A stretch of 64,000 bases of DNA, from assembly GCA_002842435.1 (NCBI GenBank), contig PHCX01000004.1:180209-244208 (forward strand), given 5' to 3'. This document shows, piece by piece, positions 9,695 through 18,689 of the stretch. Source of the stretch: Betaproteobacteria bacterium HGW-Betaproteobacteria-1. GTDB lineage: Bacteria; Pseudomonadota; Gammaproteobacteria; Burkholderiales; Methylophilaceae. Both the position numbers and the translations under genes were made by a program. How positions within the stretch are numbered: position 1 is the stretch's first letter; the number at the start of each line of letters is the position of its first letter. The notes under the pieces were generated by a model. That model ran no database searches. It was not told where the DNA came from and saw nothing but the letters and a program-made list of their open reading frames with translations.

Positions 9695-9750
9695 GTGGTG
9701 AGTCCTGAAGAACTGAAATTTAATAACAACATAAAAATGAAGGAAATTTC

Positions 9751-12700
9751 ATGGTGTCTATGATGTTTGTCGGATTGATCGCGGTGCTCGTTGTGTCCCT
9801 GTTAATACTGGAAACAAAGGATGGCGGACAAAAATTGTCCTTGAATCCCGCAGGTCTGTGGACTTGGCTGTTCAGTGGGAACTGGCCGGCAAAAATGGGT
9901 GCTGGATTGCTGATTATCAGCACGGGCGCGCTTTTAAGATATCTGATGTTGAATGTCGAGTTACCGGCAAACTACAAACTGCTGTTTGGTATCTTCATGG
10001 CGCTGGTGTTCAGTGTCTTTTCACTGGCGTTTAAATCCAATCCAAAATTTCGGGCACTGCATCTGGCGTTGGGGGGTGCTGCGCTGGGTGTAGCTTACCT
10101 GACAGCATACAGTGCTTACGGATTCTTTCATTTCATTAACGACTTTCAGGCGTTAGGTTTGTTGTTTCTGGTTGCACTTGGCGCCACCGCTTTTGCATTG
10201 ACAAGTAACGCGCTCTCTATCGCTGTTTTGGCAATGATAGGGGCGTATATCGCTCCCGCGTTTGCCTTGGAGTCGCCTGGCATCATGCCGGTGTACGGCT
10301 ATTATGTTGGCGCAAGCCTGCTCTCGTTATTAATGGTCTGGCAAAGGGGCTGGCGTCCGCTCATTCATCTGAGTTTCCTGTTTACCTTGGCGGGAGGTTT
10401 GTTTTTTGGGTGGACGCAGGGCTTTTACGCCGAGGCTTATTATGTACAGATGCAGCCTATGCTACTTGCACTGGTTGCCATCCACTTGGCAATGCCGATA
10501 CTTGAGTCCGGATACAAGCATGAGTCTGCGGCAGACTGGCTGTATCGTTTCGATCTCAGTTACTTCTTACTTTTACCTTTGGTTGCTCTTGTCCTGACGC
10601 TGACAATTGCTCCTAATATAACCCCCGAGGGTTCTTTGGGCTTGTTTGCTCTTTCCCTGTTATGGTTTTGCGCGGGCGGCTTGCAGTATGTCAGCAAGGG
10701 AGAAGGGGCATATCGCTACGTTTCGATCGCTGTAGTGCTGATGGTCATCGCTGGCCTGCTGCACTTGCATGGAGTTTCCTACTTGTTGGTGGCAAGTGTG
10801 ACGGCGGCACTATTGCTGGCGCTGGGACCAAAATGCGGGGTATCAGAGCGTTATGATGCTTTGTTGATGATGGTCGCATATGCAGCTGCAGCTTGTTATT
10901 TGCTGCAATCGTTATTCGAGCCAGTGGCAGTTGAGCCTTTCAGGAATGCTGAATTCCTGCAGCAGATCATTTTCGTGCTTGCTTTTGGTATCGCCGGTTT
11001 TTGTTTGATGCGGCGCGAGCATAGTCAGGGACCGGTGATGCTGACGATTGCTGTGGGATGGTTCTTGTTCTCTATCCTGCGGGAACTGGTGCGCTTGGAC
11101 TTTGATTACTTTGCACTGGCTTTTCATGTCATGCTGCTGGCTGCGGCTTTTGCCTACGCTCTGTGGCTCAGAAATAGACAACCTGACACTTTATGGGTGC
11201 TGTCACTGGTTGGCGCGCTGTTTGTTTCTGCATTTCTGGCGAGTGCCGATCTGTCGCTTACCGGTGTACTGATTTTGATGGTAGCTGGTCAGGCTGTATT
11301 TTCATATGTGGCATATATGGCAAGCCGGCAAGGGGAAGACGGGCAATCAATAGCAGGACTGACCCGTAGCATGCTGCCGATAGTCATTTATCCATGGGCA
11401 GTTGCGCTGAGTGATTTGCTGTCTGCCACCAGTCAGCCTGTCGTGATGACCGTATTGGTCATCAGCGCTTTGTTGGCCTCATTTCAGGCGCAGCTTAGTC
11501 CGCCTGGTACACGCAAATGGCCCAATCTCCTGTCCCCCGTCGGATTTGTCATTTTTGGCCTCTGGTTCTTTTTCCAGACGCTATTCAATATCGAGCGCGA
11601 AGTATGGGCGATCTTCTATGAGATTTTCGCGCTGGCTTATCTGCTACTGACAGTTAGTTTCATGGCGGAATCGAAGCAAAGGGATATGCGTTATTTTGGC
11701 GCTGTGGCGGTATTCGCGGTAGCCAGTTTCGTATCGGCCATGTTGTTGCGGGTAATAGGACCAAGTGGCCCCCTCACCGTGATGGCATATAACGATATGC
11801 TACTACCGGCAATGATATCGCTGCTGCTTGCTGTAGCTGGTGGGTTGACTGCATGGTGGGCAACTCGAATCATTTCGCGGGGGATGTGGTCTGTTGGCGC
11901 GGGCTTGCTGGTTTTCGCCGCAGTGAAACTGGTGCTGTTTGATTTTGGCTCACTTGGGCAACTCGGCAATATTCTGGCCATGATGGCAGCTGGCGGCGTC
12001 TTTCTGCTGGTGGCCTGGCTTGCCCCTATTCCGCCTAAAGCATCGGTTGAAGAGCGGCAAAAACGGTCAACGGCAGAAACTGGATCTGCGTCACCGGTGG
12101 TCGGTGCACCTGCCTCCAGTGCGCAGGCTGAGAAAAATACAGCTGGCATGGCAGCTAAACCGGCCCATAGCACTGTAAAGTCTTCTATATCCCAACATCA
12201 GGATGAGGCTACTTCTGGTCGAGGCTGGATATGGATCGTGGTCGCGTTGATTGCAATTGCGGTATACACCGAAGCAGGCAAGTCCAAAGTTAGTCGCAAT
12301 AAGGTTTTTTCTTCCTACAATTCACAGAGCTGTGAGTTCAAGCATTTGTATCTGCCTTCTGATATGAAGATTGTTGCAACCGGCGCCTTTAAAGGCAGGG
12401 GCGTGGCGGTGCCGGTTGACAGGCGGGCTGAGTATTCATCCCAGTTTATCGTCACGGTCAATCAGCAGGACTCGCCTGTGGTGCTGATGCTGGGGGCGCA
12501 TGAGTCGGCGTTGTGGAATATAAGCCTGGCTGAAAATACTAAAATACTTGCGGTAGTATTGACCGGGTTTCACAAACAGACCATTGATGGTTTGAGCGAG
12601 TCAGTGCCTGTAATCAACAGCAGCGGGGATGCAAGAGAGATTTGTGGATATTTTCATCTGCCGGGCAAGTTTGATGCGGTAAACCAGATTTCACGAAAGC

Positions 12701-13230
12701 TTTTTAATCGCGTTCCCGATATGTTGATTACGGCGAATGATGGAGTGGTGCAACTTGGAACAGGGGTATCGCAAATAAATGAATCCCTATCAGGGCAGGC
12801 GTCTATTAACAACGCCAAAGATCCAGCTTATTTGGCTGATACGCATGCCACGGAGGAACCAGCTACTGTCATTAAGGTGCCAGGCCAGCAACTGGACGAA
12901 GCCAAGCAGAGTGTCGAGGTACTTACAGGCATTAGCGCAGTGGAAGAGGCAGTCCGAAGAGGTGAACTGAGAAGGGCAACCATGTCTGACGTGAAGGCAT
13001 GGGAGAGATCGCCTGGTGGTCGTCAGAGAATGGATCCACGGGCAGCTAGTTTATACAGAACCTATTTTGCCCAAAGAGAATTTGTTTTCCCGGCTGAGCT
13101 ATATGGAGCAAACAGTATCGTGCTTTTTGTCGGTAGAGGTGTGCCCTACCCCAAAGGGGATCCCGGACACTCTGAAATTTATGACTTCAATGACTATACT
13201 TGCAGAGGTTTGGGTTGTGATAGTCATTGA
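9751..13230 (+). CDS. Large multi-pass membrane protein (DUF2339-like) with a C-terminal soluble domain of unknown family
   Basis: NWPAKMGAGLLIISTGALLRY start, many hydrophobic helices ending AVKLVLFDFGSLGQLGNI; then a low-complexity linker, one TM and about 320 soluble residues. Confidence 0.7.
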   Translation: MVSMMFVGLIAVLVVSLLILETKDGGQKLSLNPAGLWTWLFSGNWPAKMGAGLLIISTGALLRYLMLNVELPANYKLLFGIFMALVFSVFSLAFKSNPKFRALHLALGGAALGVAYLTAYSAYGFFHFINDFQALGLLFLVALGATAFALTSNALSIAVLAMIGAYIAPAFALESPGIMPVYGYYVGASLLSLLMVWQRGWRPLIHLSFLFTLAGGLFFGWTQGFYAEAYYVQMQPMLLALVAIHLAMPILESGYKHESAADWLYRFDLSYFLLLPLVALVLTLTIAPNITPEGSLGLFALSLLWFCAGGLQYVSKGEGAYRYVSIAVVLMVIAGLLHLHGVSYLLVASVTAALLLALGPKCGVSERYDALLMMVAYAAAACYLLQSLFEPVAVEPFRNAEFLQQIIFVLAFGIAGFCLMRREHSQGPVMLTIAVGWFLFSILRELVRLDFDYFALAFHVMLLAAAFAYALWLRNRQPDTLWVLSLVGALFVSAFLASADLSLTGVLILMVAGQAVFSYVAYMASRQGEDGQSIAGLTRSMLPIVIYPWAVALSDLLSATSQPVVMTVLVISALLASFQAQLSPPGTRKWPNLLSPVGFVIFGLWFFFQTLFNIEREVWAIFYEIFALAYLLLTVSFMAESKQRDMRYFGAVAVFAVASFVSAMLLRVIGPSGPLTVMAYNDMLLPAMISLLLAVAGGLTAWWATRIISRGMWSVGAGLLVFAAVKLVLFDFGSLGQLGNILAMMAAGGVFLLVAWLAPIPPKASVEERQKRSTAETGSASPVVGAPASSAQAEKNTAGMAAKPAHSTVKSSISQHQDEATSGRGWIWIVVALIAIAVYTEAGKSKVSRNKVFSSYNSQSCEFKHLYLPSDMKIVATGAFKGRGVAVPVDRRAEYSSQFIVTVNQQDSPVVLMLGAHESALWNISLAENTKILAVVLTGFHKQTIDGLSESVPVINSSGDAREICGYFHLPGKFDAVNQISRKLFNRVPDMLITANDGVVQLGTGVSQINESLSGQASINNAKDPAYLADTHATEEPATVIKVPGQQLDEAKQSVEVLTGISAVEEAVRRGELRRATMSDVKAWERSPGGRQRMDPRAASLYRTYFAQREFVFPAELYGANSIVLFVGRGVPYPKGDPGHSEIYDFNDYTCRGLGCDSH

Positions 13231-13333
13231 TAATATTTTAGATTACAGAAATTGATACAACCAGACCAGTTCACAGGCGTCCTTGCCCGTCTCGTTGCGT
13301 ATGAGTGAACTGCAAATGTCAGCCATTCTGCTG

Positions 13334-15373
13334 CTATCTGGATTCAGGAAATAATTTCTCGACCTGATCGGCTGGAATTGCGGGACTAAACAGATGGCCT
13401 TGTACCTTTGTGCAATGATGCGCTTTAAGGAAATCGAGTTGTTGCTCGGTTTCGACACCCTCGGCAACGACAGCCAGCTCCAGGCTTTTTGCCAATGCAA
13501 AGATTGATTCGATAATCGCGCAATCCACTTTATCCTGCGGCAGTCCTTGTACAAAACTTTGATCAATTTTCAGCGCTTTAACCGGGAATTGTTTCAGGTA
13601 ATTCATGGATGAATGGCCGGTGCCAAAGTCATCAATCGATATGCTACTGCCAATTTTCTTAAGGGCGTTGAGAATGCCCACAGTTTTATCTACATCATCC
13701 ATCAGTATGGATTCGGTCAGTTCAAAATTTACGGTGCTGGCATCAAGCATGTATTGGTTTATTGAAAGACGAATCTTGTTGACCAGCTGTTTGTCATGGA
13801 ACTGGCGACCGGAGATGTTAATGTTGATGAAAAGATTGGGGTTGTAGCGTTCTTGCCAGATCTTGATCTGGGCCAGCGCGCTGTTGATTACCCAGTCCCC
13901 GATCGGTGTAATCAGGCCGGTGCTTTCAGCGATGGGGATGAAAACGGTCGGGTTGATCATTCCCATGCTGGGGTGGTGCCATCGCAAAAGTGCTTCAACG
14001 CCTACAGTCAAACCTGTTTCCACATTGATGATGGGTTGGTAGTACAGCTCAAGCTCATTATTTTTCAGGGCATTTTGCAGGCCGTTAATCAATGATTGCT
14101 GGTGATATTTGGCCGCTTCGATTTCCTTGGAATAAAACTTGTGGGTATTCTTGCCGTCGGATTTTGCCCAGTACATGGCTACATCTGCATTTTTGATCAG
14201 ACTGGATTTGGAATAATTGTTGTCGTATTCAATCACGCCGATACTGACGCCAATAAAAATTTCGTGATTATCGATATTGAATTTTTGAGATAAGGCATGC
14301 GTGATTCTTTGACAAATCTTTTCGACATCCTCATGAGGTTTCCTGCCCACCAATGTGATGGCAAATTCATCGCCGCCGATCCTGAATATATTGTCTTTAT
14401 GCTTGAGGACTGAGCGCAGCCTTTTGCCGCAATCCCTGAGCAGTATGTCGCCAGCCCCATGGCCGATGGTGTCATTGACGGTTTTGAAATTATCCAGATC
14501 CAGCAGCAATAGATGAAAACGCCCTTCATCCTGCGAGCTGGCTCTCATGAGTCGGTCAATATGTTCTGCGAAAGCATGCCGGTTAGGCAGGTCGGTTTGA
14601 TGATCAATATAAGCCAGCCGGTCCAGCTTATGCTGGAACTCTTTTCTGTGTTCCAGTTCCTCATGGAGCTTGGCATCCCTGAACGTAATGTTTTCCAGCA
14701 TGTTATTGATACCTGCTGAAAGTGCGCCGATTTCATCCTGAGTCTGAATACTGGATCGATGTGTATAGTCCTGTTTGCTGGTGATGTTACCAACCAGTTT
14801 TTCGAGGTAGCTGATAGGTTCGGTTATATATCGATTCAGGTATCTGGAGATGATACTTGCCAGTGTGATGGCTAAAAAGACGGCCATTAACAGTACGATA
14901 GAAAAAATCTTTATTCGGTCAGTGATCTTGTTCAGGCTTGCATCCAGGTGAATCGTGCCGACTTGCACCTCATTGACCAGGATTTTTCTGTTCAGGTGAA
15001 TCATTCCGTTGAGCGGCAAAAGATTTTTTGATTTCTTTGCGTTTCTTTCCATGTAAGCCGGCGACTGGTAGTCGGCAAACAGTGAGCCGTCATTCAGCAG
15101 GATATAAGCATGCTCGATGCTTGTGTTCAGGCTGAGTGAATTGAGTGTTTCGCTGGCCGAACGTTGATCCTCGAATGCAATGGCGGCACCGATGTTGTTT
15201 TCTATTACTGAAAGATGCGACTCAAGATCATCGACTAAATCATGTTTGAAACTGAGATGCTGGGCGGTAATGGCCAGGGCAAATACCAACAGCATTGCTG
15301 CGCCAGTCACCAGCAGGTGCATAAGATACAGTTTTTGCCGTATTGCCAGCTTGTCAAAATAGAATTTCAGCAT
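13334..15373 (-). CDS. YfiN-like CHASE8-HAMP-GGDEF-EAL diguanylate cyclase/phosphodiesterase
   Basis: Two TMs around AAIAFEDQRSASETLNSL, HAMP (DEIGAL), DLDNFK...GGDEF, EALLRW, DDFGTG, KIDQSF, AEGVE; start at MLKFYF (15373). Confidence 0.9.
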   Translation of the reverse strand: MLKFYFDKLAIRQKLYLMHLLVTGAAMLLVFALAITAQHLSFKHDLVDDLESHLSVIENNIGAAIAFEDQRSASETLNSLSLNTSIEHAYILLNDGSLFADYQSPAYMERNAKKSKNLLPLNGMIHLNRKILVNEVQVGTIHLDASLNKITDRIKIFSIVLLMAVFLAITLASIISRYLNRYITEPISYLEKLVGNITSKQDYTHRSSIQTQDEIGALSAGINNMLENITFRDAKLHEELEHRKEFQHKLDRLAYIDHQTDLPNRHAFAEHIDRLMRASSQDEGRFHLLLLDLDNFKTVNDTIGHGAGDILLRDCGKRLRSVLKHKDNIFRIGGDEFAITLVGRKPHEDVEKICQRITHALSQKFNIDNHEIFIGVSIGVIEYDNNYSKSSLIKNADVAMYWAKSDGKNTHKFYSKEIEAAKYHQQSLINGLQNALKNNELELYYQPIINVETGLTVGVEALLRWHHPSMGMINPTVFIPIAESTGLITPIGDWVINSALAQIKIWQERYNPNLFININISGRQFHDKQLVNKIRLSINQYMLDASTVNFELTESILMDDVDKTVGILNALKKIGSSISIDDFGTGHSSMNYLKQFPVKALKIDQSFVQGLPQDKVDCAIIESIFALAKSLELAVVAEGVETEQQLDFLKAHHCTKVQGHLFSPAIPADQVEKLFPESR

Positions 15374-15380
15374 GATTGGT

Positions 15381-15896
15381 TCAGTAAACCTCGGCCGCAA
15401 GCCGCAGTAGCCTTGAGCTTAATGTCAGGTTGGAGTCCCTGGCGGTTTCATTATTGATGGTGAAATTGAACCGGTTGTTAATTAACAGGATATTGATAAT
15501 GCCGGTGTTGGTTGTATTTTCAGTACTGTTTACGATGGTCAGGATCGAGTTGTTCTGCAGAGTGTCTGCAAGTCTTTTGTTTCTGATTTTCTTCGCTTCC
15601 AGATATAGAACCTGGCAATTGTTGATGGCATTGATATTGCGAATTACAACCAGACTGGTTTGTTTGCCGCTTATCTTTTTGGTTTTCAACAGTTGCTCAT
15701 TGATGTTTTCCCTGTCCTCTTCAAATACACAAATGTTAAAGGTCTCGCCTGCAATGAGTGGCCAGGTTGTGAAAACTGCGAAATTATAGATAAGCGCTGT
15801 TTTCATATCACGTTCACTGATCTGCTCGGACCTGCCATTGACCGGCAATGCGAATAGCAGTGACAACCAGAATAGATAAATGAGTTTTCTCATCAC
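15381..15896 (-). CDS. YfiR-family (DUF4154-like) periplasmic protein
   Basis: Signal peptide, MKTALIYNFAVFTTWP, FNFTINNETARDSNLTLSSRLLRLA. Confidence 0.85.
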   Translation of the reverse strand: MMRKLIYLFWLSLLFALPVNGRSEQISERDMKTALIYNFAVFTTWPLIAGETFNICVFEEDRENINEQLLKTKKISGKQTSLVVIRNINAINNCQVLYLEAKKIRNKRLADTLQNNSILTIVNSTENTTNTGIINILLINNRFNFTINNETARDSNLTLSSRLLRLAAEVY

Positions 15897-17911
15897 TATT
15901 TGAAGTCGTAGCTCAATTGGAACCAGACATTGCTTTTATCCTGCACAAAGCGATCCGGCAGGTAAAAGGTGGGTGCCGGGACCGAATAATGCCGGTTAAA
16001 TAAATTCTTGACGCTGGCGCTAATGGTTGTGTTTTTAATGAGGGTAGTGCTGTGGAGTGTCAGGTTTGTTAACGTGTATCCATCCAGACGGTCTCTTGCC
16101 TCAGTCAAGCGGCTGCCGACATATTGCACTTCAATGCCGGCATGTAGGCGATTGCCAAACATGCCATGGGCAATGTTGAGTTTGGCCAGGTGTTTGGGGG
16201 AGTTTGCCAGCCACTTGTCATTTTGGTCTGTGGCTAGTTGCCAGGCGTAGCTTGCTTTCAGGCGGGAGGATTTGCTCCATTGCTTGTCGTATTCAAAGTC
16301 TATGCCCCGGGTTTTGCTTCGGTCGACATTGGTAAAACGCTCCGCACCCGCTGGTGACATGATGGTTTCCGACTGGATAAGATCTTTTGTTGTGTAATGG
16401 AACAGTGAGCTCATCCATTTGCTGGAGCTGTCTGGTCGGTATTCAAATACCAGTTCCGAGGCGTATACCATCTCCTTGTTCAAATTGGAGTTTGGAATGA
16501 TGGTTGAACCATCTCCGTAATATTTTTCGTAGGCATTGGCCTTCCTGAAGGCGGTTGCATACGAAGCCTTGATATCCAATGAGGCAGTGGGTGAATAGAT
16601 GACAGCAAGCCTGGGGCTCAGGTTTTTTGCATGATGTCCGCCATGGTCCGCCCGTACACCGGCATTCAGCAACCAGTGGTCGTTCAACCGGTATTCATCT
16701 TGTATATAGGCACTTGCCATGTAGGCGCTGTGCTCTATGTCGTCTGCGGGCAGGTAAAAATCCTGTTGGTAGTCGTTGCGATACTCAAGCCCATAGACAA
16801 GGCGATGCTGGTCTAGTCCCGAATAAACAAATTTGGCTTCCGTGCCCCACCATCGCCCCGTATTCTTTTCGCGATAATAACCGTCGCTGTAAATGGCTTC
16901 TGCGGAATAGTTATATTGACCATAGTAGATTTTCAGCGCGCGTTTCAGCTGGTCGCTGATATCGTCTTCATGCCGCAGGGTGACGTAACCGTTCGCGTCC
17001 TGCATATACGATGGGTGTGTATTGAAGTTGGCGTTATATGCAGCTGCCGGATCATCTTTCTTTCTTGTGACATAAGCACTTTCCAGCGACCACGCCTCAA
17101 AGTGTCCTTTGAAGAACAAGCGACGGTTCTTCTCGTCATCCAGGTTTCTGGCGACACCAAAGTTGGTCGATGGGCTGTCGAAGTCCCTGAAATAAAAATT
17201 TTGCCCCTGGCTGCGAAGTGTCGAAGCGGACAAGAGGATATCCGCCCCATTATCAAATTGGGTGCCGTAAGTTATTCGTTCTTTATAGGTTTGATGGCTG
17301 GCAGCATCGACGGCAAGTTGTGCGCCGTCGAAATCACTGCCTTTTTTTGTCACGATATTGATGATGCCGTAGAAGGCGCCATTTCCGTGTGACACCGAAC
17401 CTGGGCCGGAGACGTATTCAACCCGTTCTATCAGTTCCGTATCCAGGATGCCGTCATTACTCAAATAGGAGGCATTGTATAAATTGTCATTGGCCTGATG
17501 CCCATCAATTAGCAACATGACCCTGCCGGGGTAGTCGCCGGGCCTGCCGAAGCCCCTGCCACTCATGTAGGTGTAAACGTGGTCACTGATAGTATTTAAA
17601 CCCCGCATGCTGCTGATGATCTCAGCCAGGGTGCGATAGCCATAGGATTGGATATCCTTGGCGGTAACGATACTGACGGCAGATGGTGAGTCGCTGATCT
17701 GCTTGGCAATTCTGGATGCAGTGACGACTTCTTTCGAAAGCAGCTCTTCCAGCGGGGTGTCGGTCAGATATTCGCTGTTGTCAGCCTCAGCGAGGACGAG
17801 AGAACTATATAGACAGAAACAAATACCTATAAGACTGGCAGGAACGGCAAGGTATGCGCGATTGCACAGTAACTGGTGTTTGAGCAAGCCTGCATTGAAA
17901 TTTGATTGCAT
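15896..17911 (-). CDS. TonB-dependent outer-membrane receptor
   Basis: Signal peptide, LEELLSKEVVTAS TonB-box region, plug motifs (RVMLLIDG, IERVEYVSGPGSVSHG), amphipathic beta strands, C-terminal LSYDFK. Confidence 0.93.
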   Translation of the reverse strand: MQSNFNAGLLKHQLLCNRAYLAVPASLIGICFCLYSSLVLAEADNSEYLTDTPLEELLSKEVVTASRIAKQISDSPSAVSIVTAKDIQSYGYRTLAEIISSMRGLNTISDHVYTYMSGRGFGRPGDYPGRVMLLIDGHQANDNLYNASYLSNDGILDTELIERVEYVSGPGSVSHGNGAFYGIINIVTKKGSDFDGAQLAVDAASHQTYKERITYGTQFDNGADILLSASTLRSQGQNFYFRDFDSPSTNFGVARNLDDEKNRRLFFKGHFEAWSLESAYVTRKKDDPAAAYNANFNTHPSYMQDANGYVTLRHEDDISDQLKRALKIYYGQYNYSAEAIYSDGYYREKNTGRWWGTEAKFVYSGLDQHRLVYGLEYRNDYQQDFYLPADDIEHSAYMASAYIQDEYRLNDHWLLNAGVRADHGGHHAKNLSPRLAVIYSPTASLDIKASYATAFRKANAYEKYYGDGSTIIPNSNLNKEMVYASELVFEYRPDSSSKWMSSLFHYTTKDLIQSETIMSPAGAERFTNVDRSKTRGIDFEYDKQWSKSSRLKASYAWQLATDQNDKWLANSPKHLAKLNIAHGMFGNRLHAGIEVQYVGSRLTEARDRLDGYTLTNLTLHSTTLIKNTTISASVKNLFNRHYSVPAPTFYLPDRFVQDKSNVWFQLSYDFK

Positions 17912-18129
17912 CTTCGACCTGTTTGCCGGCTGGTATCGTTTGGAGCTTCTCCAGCTTGCCGGTCATTTACCAGAATTTTGATGTCTTTGATTATGTTATT
18001 GGCATCCCTGGATTCAAGCATATCAAAATTTGTTGAATTGATATTGAGAAATATCGTTTGTGCTGATTTAAATCAAGAAAGTCGCTGTTGCCCGGCCTGA
18101 AATCTGAAGGTTCAGGTGTGTGAATGGGG

Positions 18130-18684
18130 CTAGCGAATCAATTGGCTGACAGGCTTGAATGCCGGGCCTTCAGCTTTTCCCAGCCACTCGAAGATGACGG
18201 ACTCGGTGTTGCTGACGACGATGCCGGCCTGACGCAGGCGCGTGAGCGCGTTGCTCTTGTTGGCCGCATTGCGTGAGAGCACGGCATCCTCGACGACGAA
18301 GACTTGCCTGCCCTGATCACGTAGCGCCAGTGCGGTCTGCAAAATGCAGATGTGTGCTTCCATGCCGGCCAGAACCACTTGCGGCCGGTCGCCGACCAGT
18401 TTGCGCTGGAAGGTCGGTTCATCGCAGCAGGAGAAAGCTGTCTTGCTCACCGCAGCCTGAGTCAGCAGGGGCTGCAGTTCGGCGCAGGTCGGTCCCAGCC
18501 CCTTGGGGTACTGTTCCGTATGGATGACCGGCACTTCCAGCAGCGCGGCGGCCTGCAGCAGAATTTCGCTGTTCTTCAATACCTGCTGCATGCCTTCGGC
18601 GGGCATGGCGCTCGCCAGTCTTTCCTGCATATCTATGACGACCAGCTGGCTGCTGGCGGCTTGGCAGATCAGGTGGGTTTGCAT
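18130..18684 (-). CDS. Isochorismatase-family cysteine hydrolase
   Basis: VVIDMQERL, TEQYPKGLG, KTAFSC, GMEAHICILQT. Confidence 0.9.
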   Translation of the reverse strand: MQTHLICQAASSQLVVIDMQERLASAMPAEGMQQVLKNSEILLQAAALLEVPVIHTEQYPKGLGPTCAELQPLLTQAAVSKTAFSCCDEPTFQRKLVGDRPQVVLAGMEAHICILQTALALRDQGRQVFVVEDAVLSRNAANKSNALTRLRQAGIVVSNTESVIFEWLGKAEGPAFKPVSQLIR

Positions 18685-18689
18685 GAGCT

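Noticed and set aside
13243-13566. 107-aa minus-strand ORF at the end of the EAL gene
   Set aside because: Mostly overlaps the EAL coding region in another frame, with no motif or RBS.
9405-18125. Prophage or integrative element call for the AT-richer block
   Set aside because: No integrase, transposase, tRNA, att-like repeat or phage gene seen; only the compositional shift is reported.
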